Of a stretch of 64,000 nucleotides of DNA, positions 12,021 to 24,865 are shown one piece after another. The DNA lies in the NCBI RefSeq assembly GCF_963921235.1, contig NC_086108.1:29638001-29702000 (forward strand), written 5' to 3'. The number at the start of each line of letters is the position of its first letter. Within the stretch, counting starts at the first letter, position 1. The DNA is from Mobula hypostoma. Lineage: Eukaryota. The position numbers and the translations under genes were made by a program. Below the pieces are notes generated by a model that searched no databases, was not told where the DNA came from, and was given only the letters and a program-made list of their open reading frames with translations.

Positions 12021-13209
12021 TTTGAAGGAGAATCATTCATCTTTGACAAGTTCTGTCCAGGTTCAGAAGCATTTCATTCCTGTAAATGTTCACTTGCAAG
12101 CCAGAAATGTAACTACAAACTGAGTTCCCACAGGGCAGAGGTTGCCTGCAACCCACAGTAACCAGTAAATGCATCCTGTCAGACTCCGAAATGGTGTTTT
12201 TATTTACGGACTGTACAGAAGTTGGATGTTGGTAAGCTTGGAAGGATGTGTACTGAATGTCCTATTTGAGGGGATAGAATGCTCTCTTACCAGCTCAGAT
12301 TACTGTCAGCAAAACAGATTCCTTCCTTCCACCACCAGGCTACTAATGAAGCCAAAGGACATTTACTGTAAAAGTATATTACGTTAATGCTACCTTGGGA
12401 TTCATTTTCTTGCAGGCATTTGTAGGAAATAAAGAATTAAAGTAGAATTTATGAAAAACTATACATGAACAGACAAACAATGACCGCCAATGTTAAGACA
12501 AACTGCAAGTAAAAAATAAAAAAAGTACTGAGTATATGAGTTGTAAACTTGCTGACAGGACTAGCTTGCACGCCGAATGGTGAAACCTGAAATGCAGGAA
12601 CTCTTTTCGCCGACAGATCAAGTGAAGTTTCAATTGATGGATTTTTGAAATAGTTCACAGAGGAATTTTCAGGGTGGGGTCATACCTATCAGGAAAGGCT
12701 GAACATATTTTATGTAAATTTGTGTTGTACTATTTTAATATTACTTCCTTTTATCTTTGGTAACAGCTTAAGTTATACTTGGTCTCACCAAGTTTCATTT
12801 ATAAAGCAATAAATTAAAACAGGTTTGAAAAACACAGAGAATCTAAAGTAAAACAAAGGGAGGTATGTGATGGTATTTTAGGTCCCAAGACCCTTTTGAG
12901 TTAAAATTTTTGAAATTCTGTTCCTTGTAGAAGGAGATTTTTTCACATAAACATAAAGTTGCCACAGTCCTTAAATTATATTAAACAGTCAGAATCATTC
13001 AGATGTGGTCAGAGGAAATGACCACACTTTTCTGAGACTGTTTGGAGCACATTATCTGAAAGAACAACTCAGTGCCATACTGAGCGAGTGCTGCACAGCA
13101 CGAGACACGTTGCAGAAAAGATGTTAAACAAGAATCCCTTTGAGTTTTCAGGCAAATGCAAAAGATCTCATGACATGGTTCCAAGAAAGACATATCTTCT
13201 GGCTTATCA

Positions 13210-15733
13210 ATGCTGTCCCAATTCTGCTCACCAGAGCTGGAACATCTAGCAGTAAAGTGCCGTCCTTTTCACCTACCACGGGAGTTCTCTGGGATCATTT
13301 TGGCAGCAGTTTACATTCCACTTCAGGCCAATGTCAAGCAGGCTTTAGATGATCTGAGCAATGGGATCAACATGCACGAGATAGCGCACCCTAATGCCTT
13401 CACCATCGTTTTGGGAGATTTTAACCAGGCTAGTCTGAAAAAACATCACTGAGCAACTACCATCAACAGATCACTTGCAATACCAGAGGAAACAACACAC
13501 TGGACCATTGCTACACCACCACCTAGAATACCTTCCGTGCTATTCCACGCCCTCACTTTGGGAAGTCTGATCACCTAGCTGTATGTCTACTCCCTGAGTA
13601 TAGGCAGAGACTGAAGACTGCAGCACCAGCAGTGAGGACCAAGAAGGTATGGACAAGGGAAGCACAGGAGCACCTACAGGACTGCTTTGAATCGGTGGAC
13701 TGGATTGTATTCAGGGATTCATCTTTGAATCTGGATGAGTATGCTGCAGTTGTTACTGACTTCATTAAAACCTCTGTGGATGAGTGTGCATCCAAAAAGA
13801 CTTACTGTGCATTCCCAAACCAAAAGCCGTGGATGAACCAGGAGGTATGTTGTCTGCAGAAGGCTAGATCTGTGGCATTCAAGTCTGGCGACCCAAGCCT
13901 ATACCAGAAAAACAGGTATGATTTGAAGAGGGCTATCTCAAGGGTGTAGAGACAATTTTGAATGAGTTTGGAGGCGACATCGGATGCACGGCAAATCTGG
14001 CAGGATCTACAAAACATTACTTCCTACAAAGCGAAACCCAATAGCATGAATAGCCACGATGCTTTATTACCAGATGAACTCAACACCTTCTATGCATGCC
14101 TTGAAAGGGAGAACATAACTATAGCTGCGAAGATCGCTGCTGCACCTGATGACCCTGTCATCTCCGTCTCAGAGGCCGATGTTAGGCTGTCTTTAAAGAG
14201 AGTGAATCCTCACAAGGCAGAAGGTCCCAGTGGAGTGCCTGGTAAGGCTCTGAAAACCTGTGCCAACCAACTAACACGAGTACTCAAGGACATTTTTTAC
14301 CTCTCATTGCTATGGGTGGAAGTTCCCACTTGCTTCAAAAAGGCAACAATTATACCAGAGCCTAAGAATAATGTAGGCTGCCTGAATGACTATCGCCCGT
14401 AGCACTCACATGACAGTGATGAAATGTTTTGAGAGGTTGGTCATGATTAGACTGAACTCCTGCCTCAGCAAGGACCTGGACCCATTGCAATTTGCCTATC
14501 ACCACAATAGGTCAACAGCAGATGCAATCTCAATGGCTCTTCACACGGCTTTAGACTACCTGGACAACACAAACACCTACGTCTGGATGCTGTTCATTGA
14601 CTATAGCTCAGCATTTAATACCATCATTCCCACAATCCTGATTGTGAAGTTGCGCAACCTGGGCCTCTGTACCTCCCTCTGCAACTGCAACTGGATCCTC
14701 GACTTCCTAACCAGAAGACCACAATCTGTGCGTATTAGTGATAACATATCCTTCTCACTGACGATCAACACTGGCGCACCTCGGGTGTGTGCTTAGCCCA
14801 CTGCTCCACTCTCTATATACACATGACTGTGTGGCTAGGAATAGCTCAAATACCATCTATGAATTTGCTGATGATACAAACATTGTTGGTAGAATCTCAG
14901 GTGGTGACGAGAGGGCGTACAGGAATGAGATATGTCAACTAGTGGAGTGATGTCGCAGCAACAACCTGGCACTCAGCGTCAGTAAGACGAAAGAGCTGAT
15001 TGTGAACTTCAGGAAGGGTAAGATGAAGAACACATACCAATCCTCACAGAGCGATCAGAAGTGGAGAGAGTGAGCAGCTTCAAGTTCCTGGGTGTCAAGA
15101 TCTCTGAGGATCTAACCTGGTTCCAAAATATCAATCTAGTTATAAAGAAGGCAAGACAGCAGCTATAATTTGGAGTTTGAAGAGATTTGGCATGTCAACA
15201 AATACACTCAAAAACCTCTATAGTTGTACCATAAAGAGCAGTCTGACAGGTTGGATCACTGTCTGGTATGGAGGGGCTACTGCACAGGACCAAAACAAAC
15301 TTGCAGAAAATTGTAAATCTAGACAGTTCCATCTTGGGCACTAGCCTACAAGATACCCAGGACATCTTCATGGAGCGGTGTTTCAGAAAGGCAGCATCCA
15401 TTATTAAGGACCTCCAGAACCCAGGGCATGCACTTTTCTCACTGTTACCATCAGGTAGGAGGTACAGAAGCCTGAAGGCACACACTCAGCGATTCAGGAA
15501 CAGCTTCTTCCCCTCTGCCATCCAATTCCTAAATGGACACTACCTCACTTTTTTTAATACACAGTATTTCTGTTTTTGCATGATTTTTTTAATCTATTCA
15601 ATATACATATACCGTAATTGATTTACTTATTATTTTTTTCTCTCTGTTAGATTATGTATTGCATTGAACTGCTGCTGCTAAGTTAACAAATTTCACGTCA
15701 CATGCTGGTGATAATAAAACTGATTCTGATTCT
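13210..15733 (+). mobile_element. Rex1/Babar non-LTR retrotransposon, most of ORF (APE and RT), in the last COLGALT2 intron
   Basis: APE motifs (CSPELEHLAVKCRPF...VLGDFNQA), RT motifs ([31 protein letters not shown]) and C-terminal RFRNSFFP. Ends AATAAA-(CTGATT)n. Several frameshifts. Confidence 0.92.
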
Positions 15734-15804
15734 AATACTTCAATGACACCACAAGAAAGATAAATAAACTGCTCAATATTACTCTTATTTTACTGTTGGT
15801 CCTA

Positions 15805-16090
15805 TAGTCATAGAGAGAAGCAGAACAGAAAGAGATGGTTACATGCCGATTATAAACCACCCGTTTACACTAATTAAGTCACCCCCAGGTTTAACCACTT
15901 ACTTCCAACAAGGACAATTTACAGTGGCTAATTGAGGTAACAACCCACACACCTTTGGGATATGGAAAAAAGTTGGTGCAGCCACGGGAAACATAACCAA
16001 TCACCGAGAGAATGTGCAAACTCCACACAGAAGGCACCGAAACCAGGTCTCCAGCACTGAGGGCCAGTGGCTCGGCCGGTTGTGCCATTG
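15805..16090 (-). mobile_element. HE1/V-SINE-like element
   Basis: 'aggacaatttacagtggctaatt...gagaatgtgcaaactccacacaga...tgtgcca' is the reverse V-SINE pattern. Confidence 0.65.
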
Positions 16091-16155
16091 CTCTATTTCC
16101 AGACTTCCTACATTACAACAGTCTCTACACTTTAAAAGTATCTCATTGGCTAGGG

Positions 16156-16235
16156 CAGGGGTTCGCAACCTGGAGTCCACAGACCCCTTTCTTAATGGTA
16201 TTGGTCCATGGCATGGAACCTATTGGAAACCCCAG
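16156..16235. mobile_element. Small hAT-type MITE (same family as 8562-8632)
   Basis: CAGGGGTTCGCAACC...TTGGAAACCCCAG. TSD not preserved. Confidence 0.5.
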
Positions 16236-16349
16236 GCCACAGAAGGCAAGCTGTTTTGTCATTTCCAGACAGACAAGGAAAGTGGCTTGACTTTCTCATA
16301 CCTTTTCTTTATTCACTTCTGTATGGCATTTATCCTATTAAATTATTGG

Positions 16350-16750
16350 CTTATTACTCTTGGCACATGCATAAGTATACAGTGAAAAGCTTTGCTTGCT
16401 TACTGTTCATGCAAATCAACACATCATACAGTACATTGAGGGAGAAGAAGGTAAAACCATAACAGGATGCAGAAAAAAGTGTAAAAGCTACAGAGAAAGT
16501 GCAGTGCAAATAAATAATAAGGCACAAGATCATCATGAGGTAGATTGTGAGATTGAGGATCTATCTTACCGTATGAGGGAACCATTAAATAGACTTACAT
16601 CAGCAGGGTGGCAGCTGTGCTTGATCCTGGTTGTATGTGCTTTCAGGCTTCTGTATATTCTGCCTGATGGAAGAGAAAATGTCTGGGTGGGTGGGGCCCT
16701 TGATTATGTTAGCTGCTTTATCAAGGCAGTGAGAATTATGTACAGAGTCC
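16350..16750 (-). mobile_element. Rex1/Babar 3' end
   Basis: 'gtgctttcaggcttctgtatattctgcctgatgg' and the tail 'tttattactcttggcacatgc...tacagtgaaaagc'. Confidence 0.6.
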
Positions 16751-16901
16751 ATTATCCTGAACAGCAAAACAGAGCAGGGATTAAAATGACACTTTTGAGG
16801 CTTTGATCCTTGTATAGTAGATTTATGCCAGTTAGCTTGAGAAAATGAATTGTGCCAAATACATTTTAGGTAATTGTATTCCTCATTTTTTTTTTACACA
16901 G

Positions 16902-17175
16902 AGAAGATTATAAGAAGTTCTATGAACCTCGTGATTTGAAAGCCTTTTCAGTGGAGCCACTGCTGATTTTCCCGACACACTACACTGGAGAACCAGGTTA
17001 CGTCAGTGATACTGAAACCTCCGTAATCTGGGACAATGATGAGATCGCGACAGACTGGAACCGCAAACTCTCCAAAAAGACAAAAGAGCAGGGCGAGATT
17101 GGTACTGAAGCTCAGAACACTGAGGCACTGCAGCCCCAGTCCCCCATCGGCACAGACTCTCGAGATGAACTTTGA
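16902..17175 (+). CDS. COLGALT2: COLGALT last coding exon ending in ER-retention signal RDEL
   Basis: Poly-T tract with acacAG ending at 16901. Encodes EDYKKFYEPRDLKAFSVEPLLIFPTHYTGEPGYVSDTETSVIWDND...NTEAL...DSRDEL, stop TGA at 17173-17175. Confidence 0.93.
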
Positions 17176-18048
17176 CGCGCCTTTGCACTGGCTGGCTCTG
17201 ATCAGCGATCAGAGTCAACATCTCCCTGTCATTTGGTTAAAGTGCCTTCTGGAAGGCAGCTAAAACAATATCTAATGTGACAAAATTGACTGAATGCAGT
17301 GATACAGCAGCAGTTAATTTTAGTGGCTAATTATTAATTAATATTGAATATGTTGATTATTTTGAAAGTGATTACTTTTCCCCCCATTTTCTCTGTCTTT
17401 GCATTGCATCTCACCTATTACATAATACCCACTACCTTTAGGAAAAGGGATGTTGGGCGTGGAATGTTTGCTGTGTTATCCAAGGGATAGCATGTGTTTC
17501 TGCCATTGTGCAACATCACGTTGATATCTGCCCGTAGAGGATACAAATTTATAGTTGCACTCTGGTGTAGGATATGAGCAGTGCTCATCACAGAATGGCT
17601 AATTATTCAACTATTGCTAAACTAATAAGGGCTAAATGTTCAAACTGCTGTTATATCAAAGAGCATTTTAGTGCCTCAAATCAATATTCAGAGTAATTCT
17701 GCTGGTACGGATTTCCTATAAATGCTACTGTTTATTCAGATGTGTTACTTTAAATAACAATATTTGTTTGTGTGTGTGTGTTCTTATTTATTTTTCCCCT
17801 CTTTAGAGGAAAAGCTTGCTTGCAATCTTACTCTGTTGTGTGGATGTCAACTGTCCAGAAGTGTAACCTCATCTTCGTTCTTATTTCTGGCTGTCTTCTG
17901 AAAACAACACAAAGCTGTTCAGTTTCATTTTCTGCCCAACTGATAAGTGAAGATCAAGGTTCACTTTTCCTGACTGGGACATGAGTATCCTCTGATAATC
18001 AAAATGATGCCATTTTGTGAAAGCAAATCAAGACATTTGCAGACACTG

Positions 18049-18244
18049 CAACACACACAAAATGCTGGAAGAACTCAGCAGGCCAGGCAGCATCTATGGA
18101 AGAGAATACAATCGACGTTTTGGGCTAGAATTCTTCCGTAGGACCGATTTTTCCAAAGATGCTACCTGACCTGCTGAGTTCCTCCAGCATTTTGTGTGTA
18201 TTGCTCAGATTTCCAGCATCTGCAGATTTTCTCTTGTTTGCGTT
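18049..18244. mobile_element. Older Neptune-type PLE terminus as an inverted pair (hairpin)
   Basis: Minus arm 18049-18144 and plus arm ~18145-18244. Imperfect TSD TTTGCAGACACTG (18036-18048) / TTTGCAAACGCTG (18245-18257). Confidence 0.75.
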
Positions 18245-19079
18245 TTTGCAAACGCTGGTTTCGTTTTTATTTCAGATTTTCAACATCTGCAAATTTCTTG
18301 ATTTACTTTCACTAAATGGCATAATTTTGATTATCAGATAAAAATTTTTTAAAAACCCTCAGTGGGTCAGGCCACATCTATGAAAAGTGAAACAAATTTA
18401 ATGTTCTAGACCAAAGACCTGAAATGCTGAGAGCGCAAGAAAATAAAAGCAGGAGTAGGCCATTTATCACCTCAGGCCTCCCCTGCCATTCAGTATAATT
18501 ATGACAGATATACTTCAGCTCTCATCTCCCTGTCCTCAGTTCTCCAATTTTTCTAAAAAATATCTACATTGCTTTTGAATTCCTCCCATTGATCTAGCTA
18601 CTACAAATGTCCGGGGTAAAGAGTTCAAGAGATTTACCGACCTCTGCAAGAAACTCCTGCCTGCCTCAGTTTTAAACTGCTATGCCTCCTGCCCCCCCCC
18701 CCCCCCACCAATTTTGTACCTATGTCTCCTCATTTGAAATTCTCCCAAAACAGGTCATCCCCAGTTTACTTATGGGCAAACTGTTGACTGAGTGTTTGAC
18801 AGATCATCAGGATGGATGGGAATGGATTTGCCAACTGCTGCAGGTGGGACATGTTCTATCAGGTGGGAATGAGGCACTTCCATGGGCCTTCTCTCCACTA
18901 TCCACCCACCCTCAACTGAGCCACAACAAGCGGTGACCATCAGACATAGGGGCAGGCTTCAGCCATTTGGGTCATCGGGGGTTGGTTTGAGCTGGGCAGA
19001 GCTGAGAGCAGACTGGCTAGATCACTCACTGAGTCAGTAAGGCCAACTTGCAGTCACTCTTCTTGTGCCTGCTCGCTCT

Positions 19080-19772
19080 CTGAATTGAATTGAATTCAAT
19101 TTAGTATTGAATTGAATTGACTTTATTACTTAACATTGTTCATATACACGAGGAGTAAAAATCTTTACATTAGGTCTCTGTCTATATATGTAATGTGCAA
19201 TTTATAGTAATTTATAATAAATACTATATATGACAGGATAATCAATATAACATATAAATACAGCTGTGTCAGCATGGCCTGGTGGAAGATGTTGTCCTGG
19301 AGCCTGTTGGTCCTGGCTTTTATGCTGCGGTAACATTTCCTGGATGGTAGCATCTGGAACAGTTTGTTGTTGGGGTGATAGGTCCCCAATGATCCTTAGA
19401 GCCCTTTTTACACATCCGTCCTTGTAAATGTCCTGAATCATGGGAAATTCACATCTACAGATGTGCTGGACTGTCTGCACCATTCTCTGCAGAGTCCTGT
19501 GATTGAGGGAAGTACAGTTCCCATACCAGGCAGTGATGCAGCCAGTCAGGATGCTCTTAATTGTGGCTCTATAGAAAGTTCTTGGGATTTGGGGGCCCAT
19601 ACCATACTTTTTCTACTGTCTGAGGTGAAAGAGGTGCTGTTGTGCCTTTTTCACCACACAACTGGTAAGTACAGACAATGTGAAATCCTTGGTTATGTCT
19701 ATGCCAAGGAACTTAAAGCTGTTCATCCTCTCAACCCCAGGTTCATTGATGTCAACAGGGGCTGTGATCCTG
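19080..19772 (-). mobile_element. Rex1/Babar 3' fragment with (ATTCA)n tail
   Basis: ORFs 19613-19798 (VERMNSFKFLGIDIT) and 19202-19600 (FYRATIKSILTGCITAWYGN). (TTGAA)n at ~19080-19120. Confidence 0.85.
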
Positions 19773-19899
19773 TGATTCTGTGATCCTCTCCCACACATGG
19801 TTTCTATTCATTGGACAGTCTGGGCCATGGACAGTTCTCAGGAACAGAACCTGTCATGCTCTGGGGACGAACTGTAGTGCAAACAGCTCGACTTCTACC

Positions 19900-20260
19900 C
19901 TGTCATGCCCGCTCAGGAGTTTATTTGTTTCCATAAGATCACCCTTGTTCTCTTAAACTCCAAAGAATACTGATTTAATATCTTTAGTGGCCATGGTAGA
20001 ACAATTCTCTCATCCCAGAACTTAAACCAGTGCATCTTATTTTGGACAGTGTCCAATGCCATTCATATGTTTTCATACATAAGGGACCTAAAGTGTGCAC
20101 AGTAGTCCTGGTTAGCCTCCTCAGTATGGGTAACAATACTTCCCGATTTCTATACTCCAACCCTCTAGCAATGAAGACCAATATACCATTTGCCTTCCAA
20201 ACCATTTACTGCACCTGCCTGCTACCTTTTGGTGACCGATGTACGAGATTATTCAGATTC
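19900..20260 (-). mobile_element. Old CR1 RT C-terminal fragment
   Basis: ORF 19984-20205 KANGILVFIARGLEYRNREVLL. Confidence 0.7.
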
Positions 20261-20613
20261 CTCCCAATGAATTGTATAACCTCCCTCTTAATCACGATAT
20301 ATTATTTACACAGAAGCTCTTACCCAATCACTCGATCTATTTATATCCTGTTGCAGAGCCCAAATATCCTCACCATAAAATGGCCTCCAACTTATTTGTG
20401 TTGATCATCTCATTTAACCATTAAGATTTCTCCAAAGCAATCAAAATGTATCCTCTACCCCCTCCTCCAGGCCAATAATATAAATCATAATATAATTGAG
20501 GACCATGAAATTATTCCTGGAATACTCCTCTAACTATATCCTATCATCCCAAAGAAGGCCAATCTATTCTGTATTTGTATTCAATGCGATAAACAATTTT
20601 AAATTTATACTTA

Positions 20614-21031
20614 AAAATGCAAACACGAGGAAATCTGCAGATGCTGGAATTTCAAGCAACACACATTAAAGTTGCTGGTGAATGCAACAGGCCAGGCAGC
20701 ATCTCTAGGAAGAGGTACAGTCGAATTTTCGGGCTGAGACCCTTCGTCAGGACTGAAAGAGGAGCTAGTAAGAGATTTGAAAGTGGGAGTGGGAGGGGGA
20801 GATCCAAAATGACAGGGGAAGAACTGCCCAGCTCTTGGCTCCATCCCTCCCCCTCCCGTCTTCTCCTATCATTTCGGATCTCCCCTTCCCCCTCCCACTT
20901 TCAAATCTCTTACTAGTTCTTCTTTCAGTTAGTCCTGACGAAGGGTTTCGGCCCGAAACGTCGACTGTACCTCTTCCTAGAGATGCTGCCTGGCCTGCTG
21001 CGTTCACCAGCAACTTTTATGTGTGTTGCTT
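20614..21031. mobile_element. Neptune-type PLE, inverted pair of 3' termini
   Basis: Minus arm with full tail (20614-~20825) and plus arm (~20826-21031) lacking the tail. Imperfect TSD AAATTTATACTTA (20601-20613) / AAATCTGTACTTA (21032-21044). Confidence 0.85.
20931..20966 (+). ncRNA. Minimal type I hammerhead ribozyme motif
   Basis: AGTC-CTGACGA-A-GGGT-TTCG-GCCC-GAAAC-GTC-GACT. Intact core, stem I AGTC/GACT, 4-bp stem II, palindromic ACGT in place of stem III. Confidence 0.75.
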
Positions 21032-21479
21032 AAATCTGTACTTATACACTTTCCCTTATAGCAGGAGGTATTATATTGAGCATTAGCCTTTTATTGGGCA
21101 CCATATCAAATGTCTTCTGCAAATACAAATACACTGCACCTACAATTTCCCCTCTATCATATCTGCTACTTGCATCCTGATTATTCCCTTTTCACAGATG
21201 CTGCCTGCTCTGTTGAGTGTTTCTAGCATTTTCAGTTTTTATTTTATGCTGTTTAGTGGAACTTCATTATTACCCCAAGTGTCTACAGTGATATAATTTG
21301 CTTACATTCAATGCTGTTCTTAGACCACATGATCTGTCTTTGGAAGTAATTTCTGAGAGAAGAAGAAGACTTTCATTTATATGATTTTCATAATATTCTC
21401 ATACCTTGGAAACAACTATTGTTCTGTCAATCTATTTACAGAAAGTTTTTACAATCAGAAGCTAATAATACTTTTTTTA

Positions 21480-21660
21480 ATGTTGGTTGAGAGATCAATA
21501 TTGGGCAGGACATCAGATATAACTCCATGCATTTCTTTAAAATCATGTCAAGAAGTCATTTATGTGTACCAGGGAGAACAGAAAGGACCCCCATTTGGAT
21601 ATTTCATCTGGATGAGTAGTGCTACACTCCTACAGTATTGCACAAGATGTCTGTCTAGTA
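21480..21660 (-). mobile_element. Ancient Deu-domain SINE (SacSINE1/AmnSINE-like) remnant
   Basis: 'tgttggttgagagatcaatattgggcaggacatc...gtgctacactcctacagtattgcac...gtctag' resembles the recalled reverse Deu-domain consensus. A similar remnant lies at ~35945-36320. Confidence 0.55.
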
Positions 21661-22199
21661 AACAAAAGTTCATCATCTATTTTGATCTCTGATGCTTTTT
21701 GTTTTATGCAGCAATATCTATTTCATTCACAAGCTTGTAAAATTTTGTGATAGTATAATATTCATACAATGTTAACAAAATGGCAGATTAACACTGTTGG
21801 ATGTAAGTTCAAGCTCAGTGGAAATTATACAGGGAGAAACATACGATCTCCAGTGGCTCACTGTGTTTAATTCCTCAAACATGAAGTCATCTGAACCTTC
21901 ATAGTTTTCCCTGGCCTTATCCTACATCTGAAACCTCCTTCCCTTCCATCTCTGAGCTTTAAACATTCTTGTTAGTGGACAGAGTTCCCTTGTGTTATCT
22001 TGGTAGTCTTCAGCTGCCTTCTTTTGTTGAACCTGATAAATTCTTGTTCTCCACCGCACTTTTGGTCATGCTCCCAATATGGCAAATCACTTTTTTTTTC
22101 TATTTAGCATTTTATTTGTCCTTCTTTGCTTAAAGATCCATATAAATAGAAATTTTGATGACATGCTTAATTGACCTTGTTGGAGTATGTCCAGTCATC

Positions 22200-22500
22200 T
22201 CTCATAGAGTCACAGAACATGAGCCCACCAAGTCCACGTTGACCATCAAGCACTCATTTACACTCACCCTGTTTTATTCTCACTGCATTCCCAGCAACTC
22301 TTCCCACAATTGCCACCCAATTTACTCACTTACATTCAGGCAAATCACAATGATCAATGATCCTACAATCCCACACATCCTTGGAGTGTGGGAGGAAACC
22401 TGTGCAGGACACAGGACACAGGCAGCATCGGAGATTGGGATCAAACCTGGGTCGGTGGAGCTGTGAGGCAGCAACTTCACTAGCTGCACCCCTCTGCCAA
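22200..22500 (-). mobile_element. HE1/V-SINE-like element
   Basis: 'ggagtgtgggaggaaacc...ggatcaaacctgggtcggtggagctgtgaggcagcaac...ctgcacc'. Confidence 0.6.
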
Positions 22501-22830
22501 CTTAGAAAACCTGAAACGAGAAATGATCCCAAAGTCACAAACCACCAGAAACTTTTCCTAAAGTAACCAGCCACTGACGTTTTTACTTTAACAACAAAGA
22601 CAGTTTCTATGCTGTCATTTCCATTAAAGGCCAAAGCGATAGTTTCAAATTTCAGGGGTTGAATAAGACTGTAATTGGTAAATTTAATAAACTTTGATCA
22701 GTTTGCACTCTTAATATACTGTATTTTTATGTTGCATTAGTTTTACACCAAAGCAGTTTCAATTTTGATGCCGATCACACTATTGAAAGAAATGGCCTGA
22801 CAGCAGTGTAAAAATTATCGTGGCAGCCAA

Positions 22831-22968
22831 GAGTCCTGCCGAAGGGTCTCAGCCCGAAACGTTAGCTGTATTTTTTTTCCATAGATGCTGCCTGGCCTGC
22901 TGAGTTCCTCCAGCATCATGTGTGTATGTTGCTTGGATTTTCAGCATCTGCAGATTATCTCTTGTTTT
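22831..22968 (+). mobile_element. Short PLE terminus starting at the hammerhead motif
   Basis: gAGTC-CTGCCGA-AGGGTCTCAGCCC-GAAAC...agatgctgcctggcctgctgagttcctccagc...ttttcagcatctgcagattatctcttgttt. Confidence 0.75.
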
Positions 22969-23267
22969 TGCATTCTTATTGATTTGACTTCACTTCTGAG
23001 GCGTGTTTCAACTGAGACCATGCATGTGTGATGACTGTGAAGTTAAGCTCAATGTGTGCAATGCATTAAGTGATCAAAAAGTAATGTACTTAATATCACT
23101 GGTTGGACAGAAAGTATAACAGTCGGGAGTTGTCCATTTGTATCTTGTACTGTTTCTCACTAAGGTGGAAAACAAGTTATCTCGTTCTGTACCATTGCTT
23201 TGACAACTCCACACAACCACCAAAAAGTGTGTAAGACACAGCTGAGGTAACTTGCTGTCTGTTCTTC

Positions 23268-23935
23268 TCAAAGTAAATTTATTATCAAAGTACATATATG
23301 TCACCATATAAAACACTGAGATTCATTTTCTTGTGGGCATACTCAATAAATCCATGATAGAATCATAACCATAATAGAGTCAGTGAAAGACCACACCAAG
23401 TTGGGTGTTTAACCACTGTGCATATACAAAAGGAAAAAAAGGAAATACTAATAATAAACAGATAAGCAAAAAATATCGAGAACATGAGATGAAGTGTCCT
23501 TGAAAGTATGTCCATAGGTTGTGTGAACATTTCAATGATGCAGCAAGTGAAGTTGAGTGAAGTTATCTTCTTTGGTTAAAGAGCCTGATGGTTTAGGGGT
23601 AATAACTGCTCCTAAACCTGGTGGGGTGAGTCCTGAGGTACCTGAGGCTTCTTCCTGATGGTAGCTGTGAGAAGAGAGCAAGTCCTGAGTGGTGGGGGAC
23701 CATGATGATGGATGCTGCTTTCCTGCGACAGTATTTCATACAGATGCGCTCAGTAGTGGGGAGGTCTTTAGCAGTGATCAACTCGGCAGTATCCACGACT
23801 TTTAGTAGGATTTTCCATTCAAGGGGATTGGTGTTTCCATACCAGGCTGTGATGTAGCCAGTCAATATACTCTCCACACCTCTCTAGAAGTTCGTCAAAG
23901 TTTTAGATGTCATTCCAAATCTTCACAAACTCTTC
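23268..23935 (-). mobile_element. Rex1/Babar 3' fragment
   Basis: ORF 23593-23877 ESILTGYITAWYGNTN...RFRSSYYP and tail 'aaagtaaatttattatcaaagtac'. Confidence 0.85.
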
Positions 23936-23959
23936 GCATTAAAGTTATGAAGATTTATA

Positions 23960-24865
23960 AGGAAATTACAGTACTGGAGTGCCCAGCTATAAGGAGAGAT
24001 TGGATAGGGTGGGACTTTTTTCCCCCTGGAACATAGGAGACTGAGAAGAGACATAATAGAAGTTTATAAAATCATGAAGCACTCAGTTAAAGTGAATAAC
24101 GGAAGTCTTTTCTTTGGGGTAGGGACAGTCCAAATTACAAAGTGAGGGTGGAAATGTTTATCCGGAACCTAAAGGGCAACTTTTTCACACACAGGAGTCA
24201 AAGTATTTGTAATGCATTGCCGGAGGAAGTGGTAGAGGCTGGTATAATTGAATCTTCTGGAGAGGGTTCCAAGGGGGTTCACAGAAATGATTCCAGGATT
24301 GAACGGCTTGAAATATGAAGAGCATTTGATGGCTCTGGGCCTGTACTCACTGGAATTCAGAAGAGTGAGGGGTGATCACATTGAAACCTATGGAGTGGTG
24401 AAAGGCCTTGATAGGGTGGATGTGGAGAGGATGTTTCCTATGGTGGGAGGGTCTAAGGCCGGAGGACAGCCTCAGAATTGAAGGATGTCCTTTTAGAACA
24501 ATGATGAGGAGGAATTTCTTTAGCCAGAGGATGGTGAATTTGTGGAATTCATTGGTGGCTGTAGAGGCCAAGTATTTACGTATTTTTAAGGAAGAGGCTG
24601 ATAGATTCTCAAATGGTCAGTGCATGAAGGGATACAGGGTGAAGGCAGGAGATTGGGACTGAAAGGAAAAATGGATCAGCCATGATGAAATGGCAGACAA
24701 GATTCGATGGGCCAAATGGCCTAATTCTGCTTCTATATCTTATGGTCTTAGGTCTTATAAATACAATACTTTAAAAACATTTGGATAGGTACATAGAAAT
24801 GGTTTAGGGGGATATGGGTCAAATGCAGGCAAAAGGTCAGCATGGACGAGGGGCCAAAGGGTCTA
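23960..24865 (+). mobile_element. Nested CR1 3' fragments
   Basis: ORFs 24248-24481 and 24408-24662 (LGLYSLEFRRVRGDHIE, RRNFFSQRMVNLWNSL). Tail 'tcttatggtctta'. Confidence 0.75.

Noticed and set aside
18688..18710. Poly-C runs (also ~41035-41050) as functional G4/i-motif elements
   Set aside because: Simple homopolymers with no supporting context.
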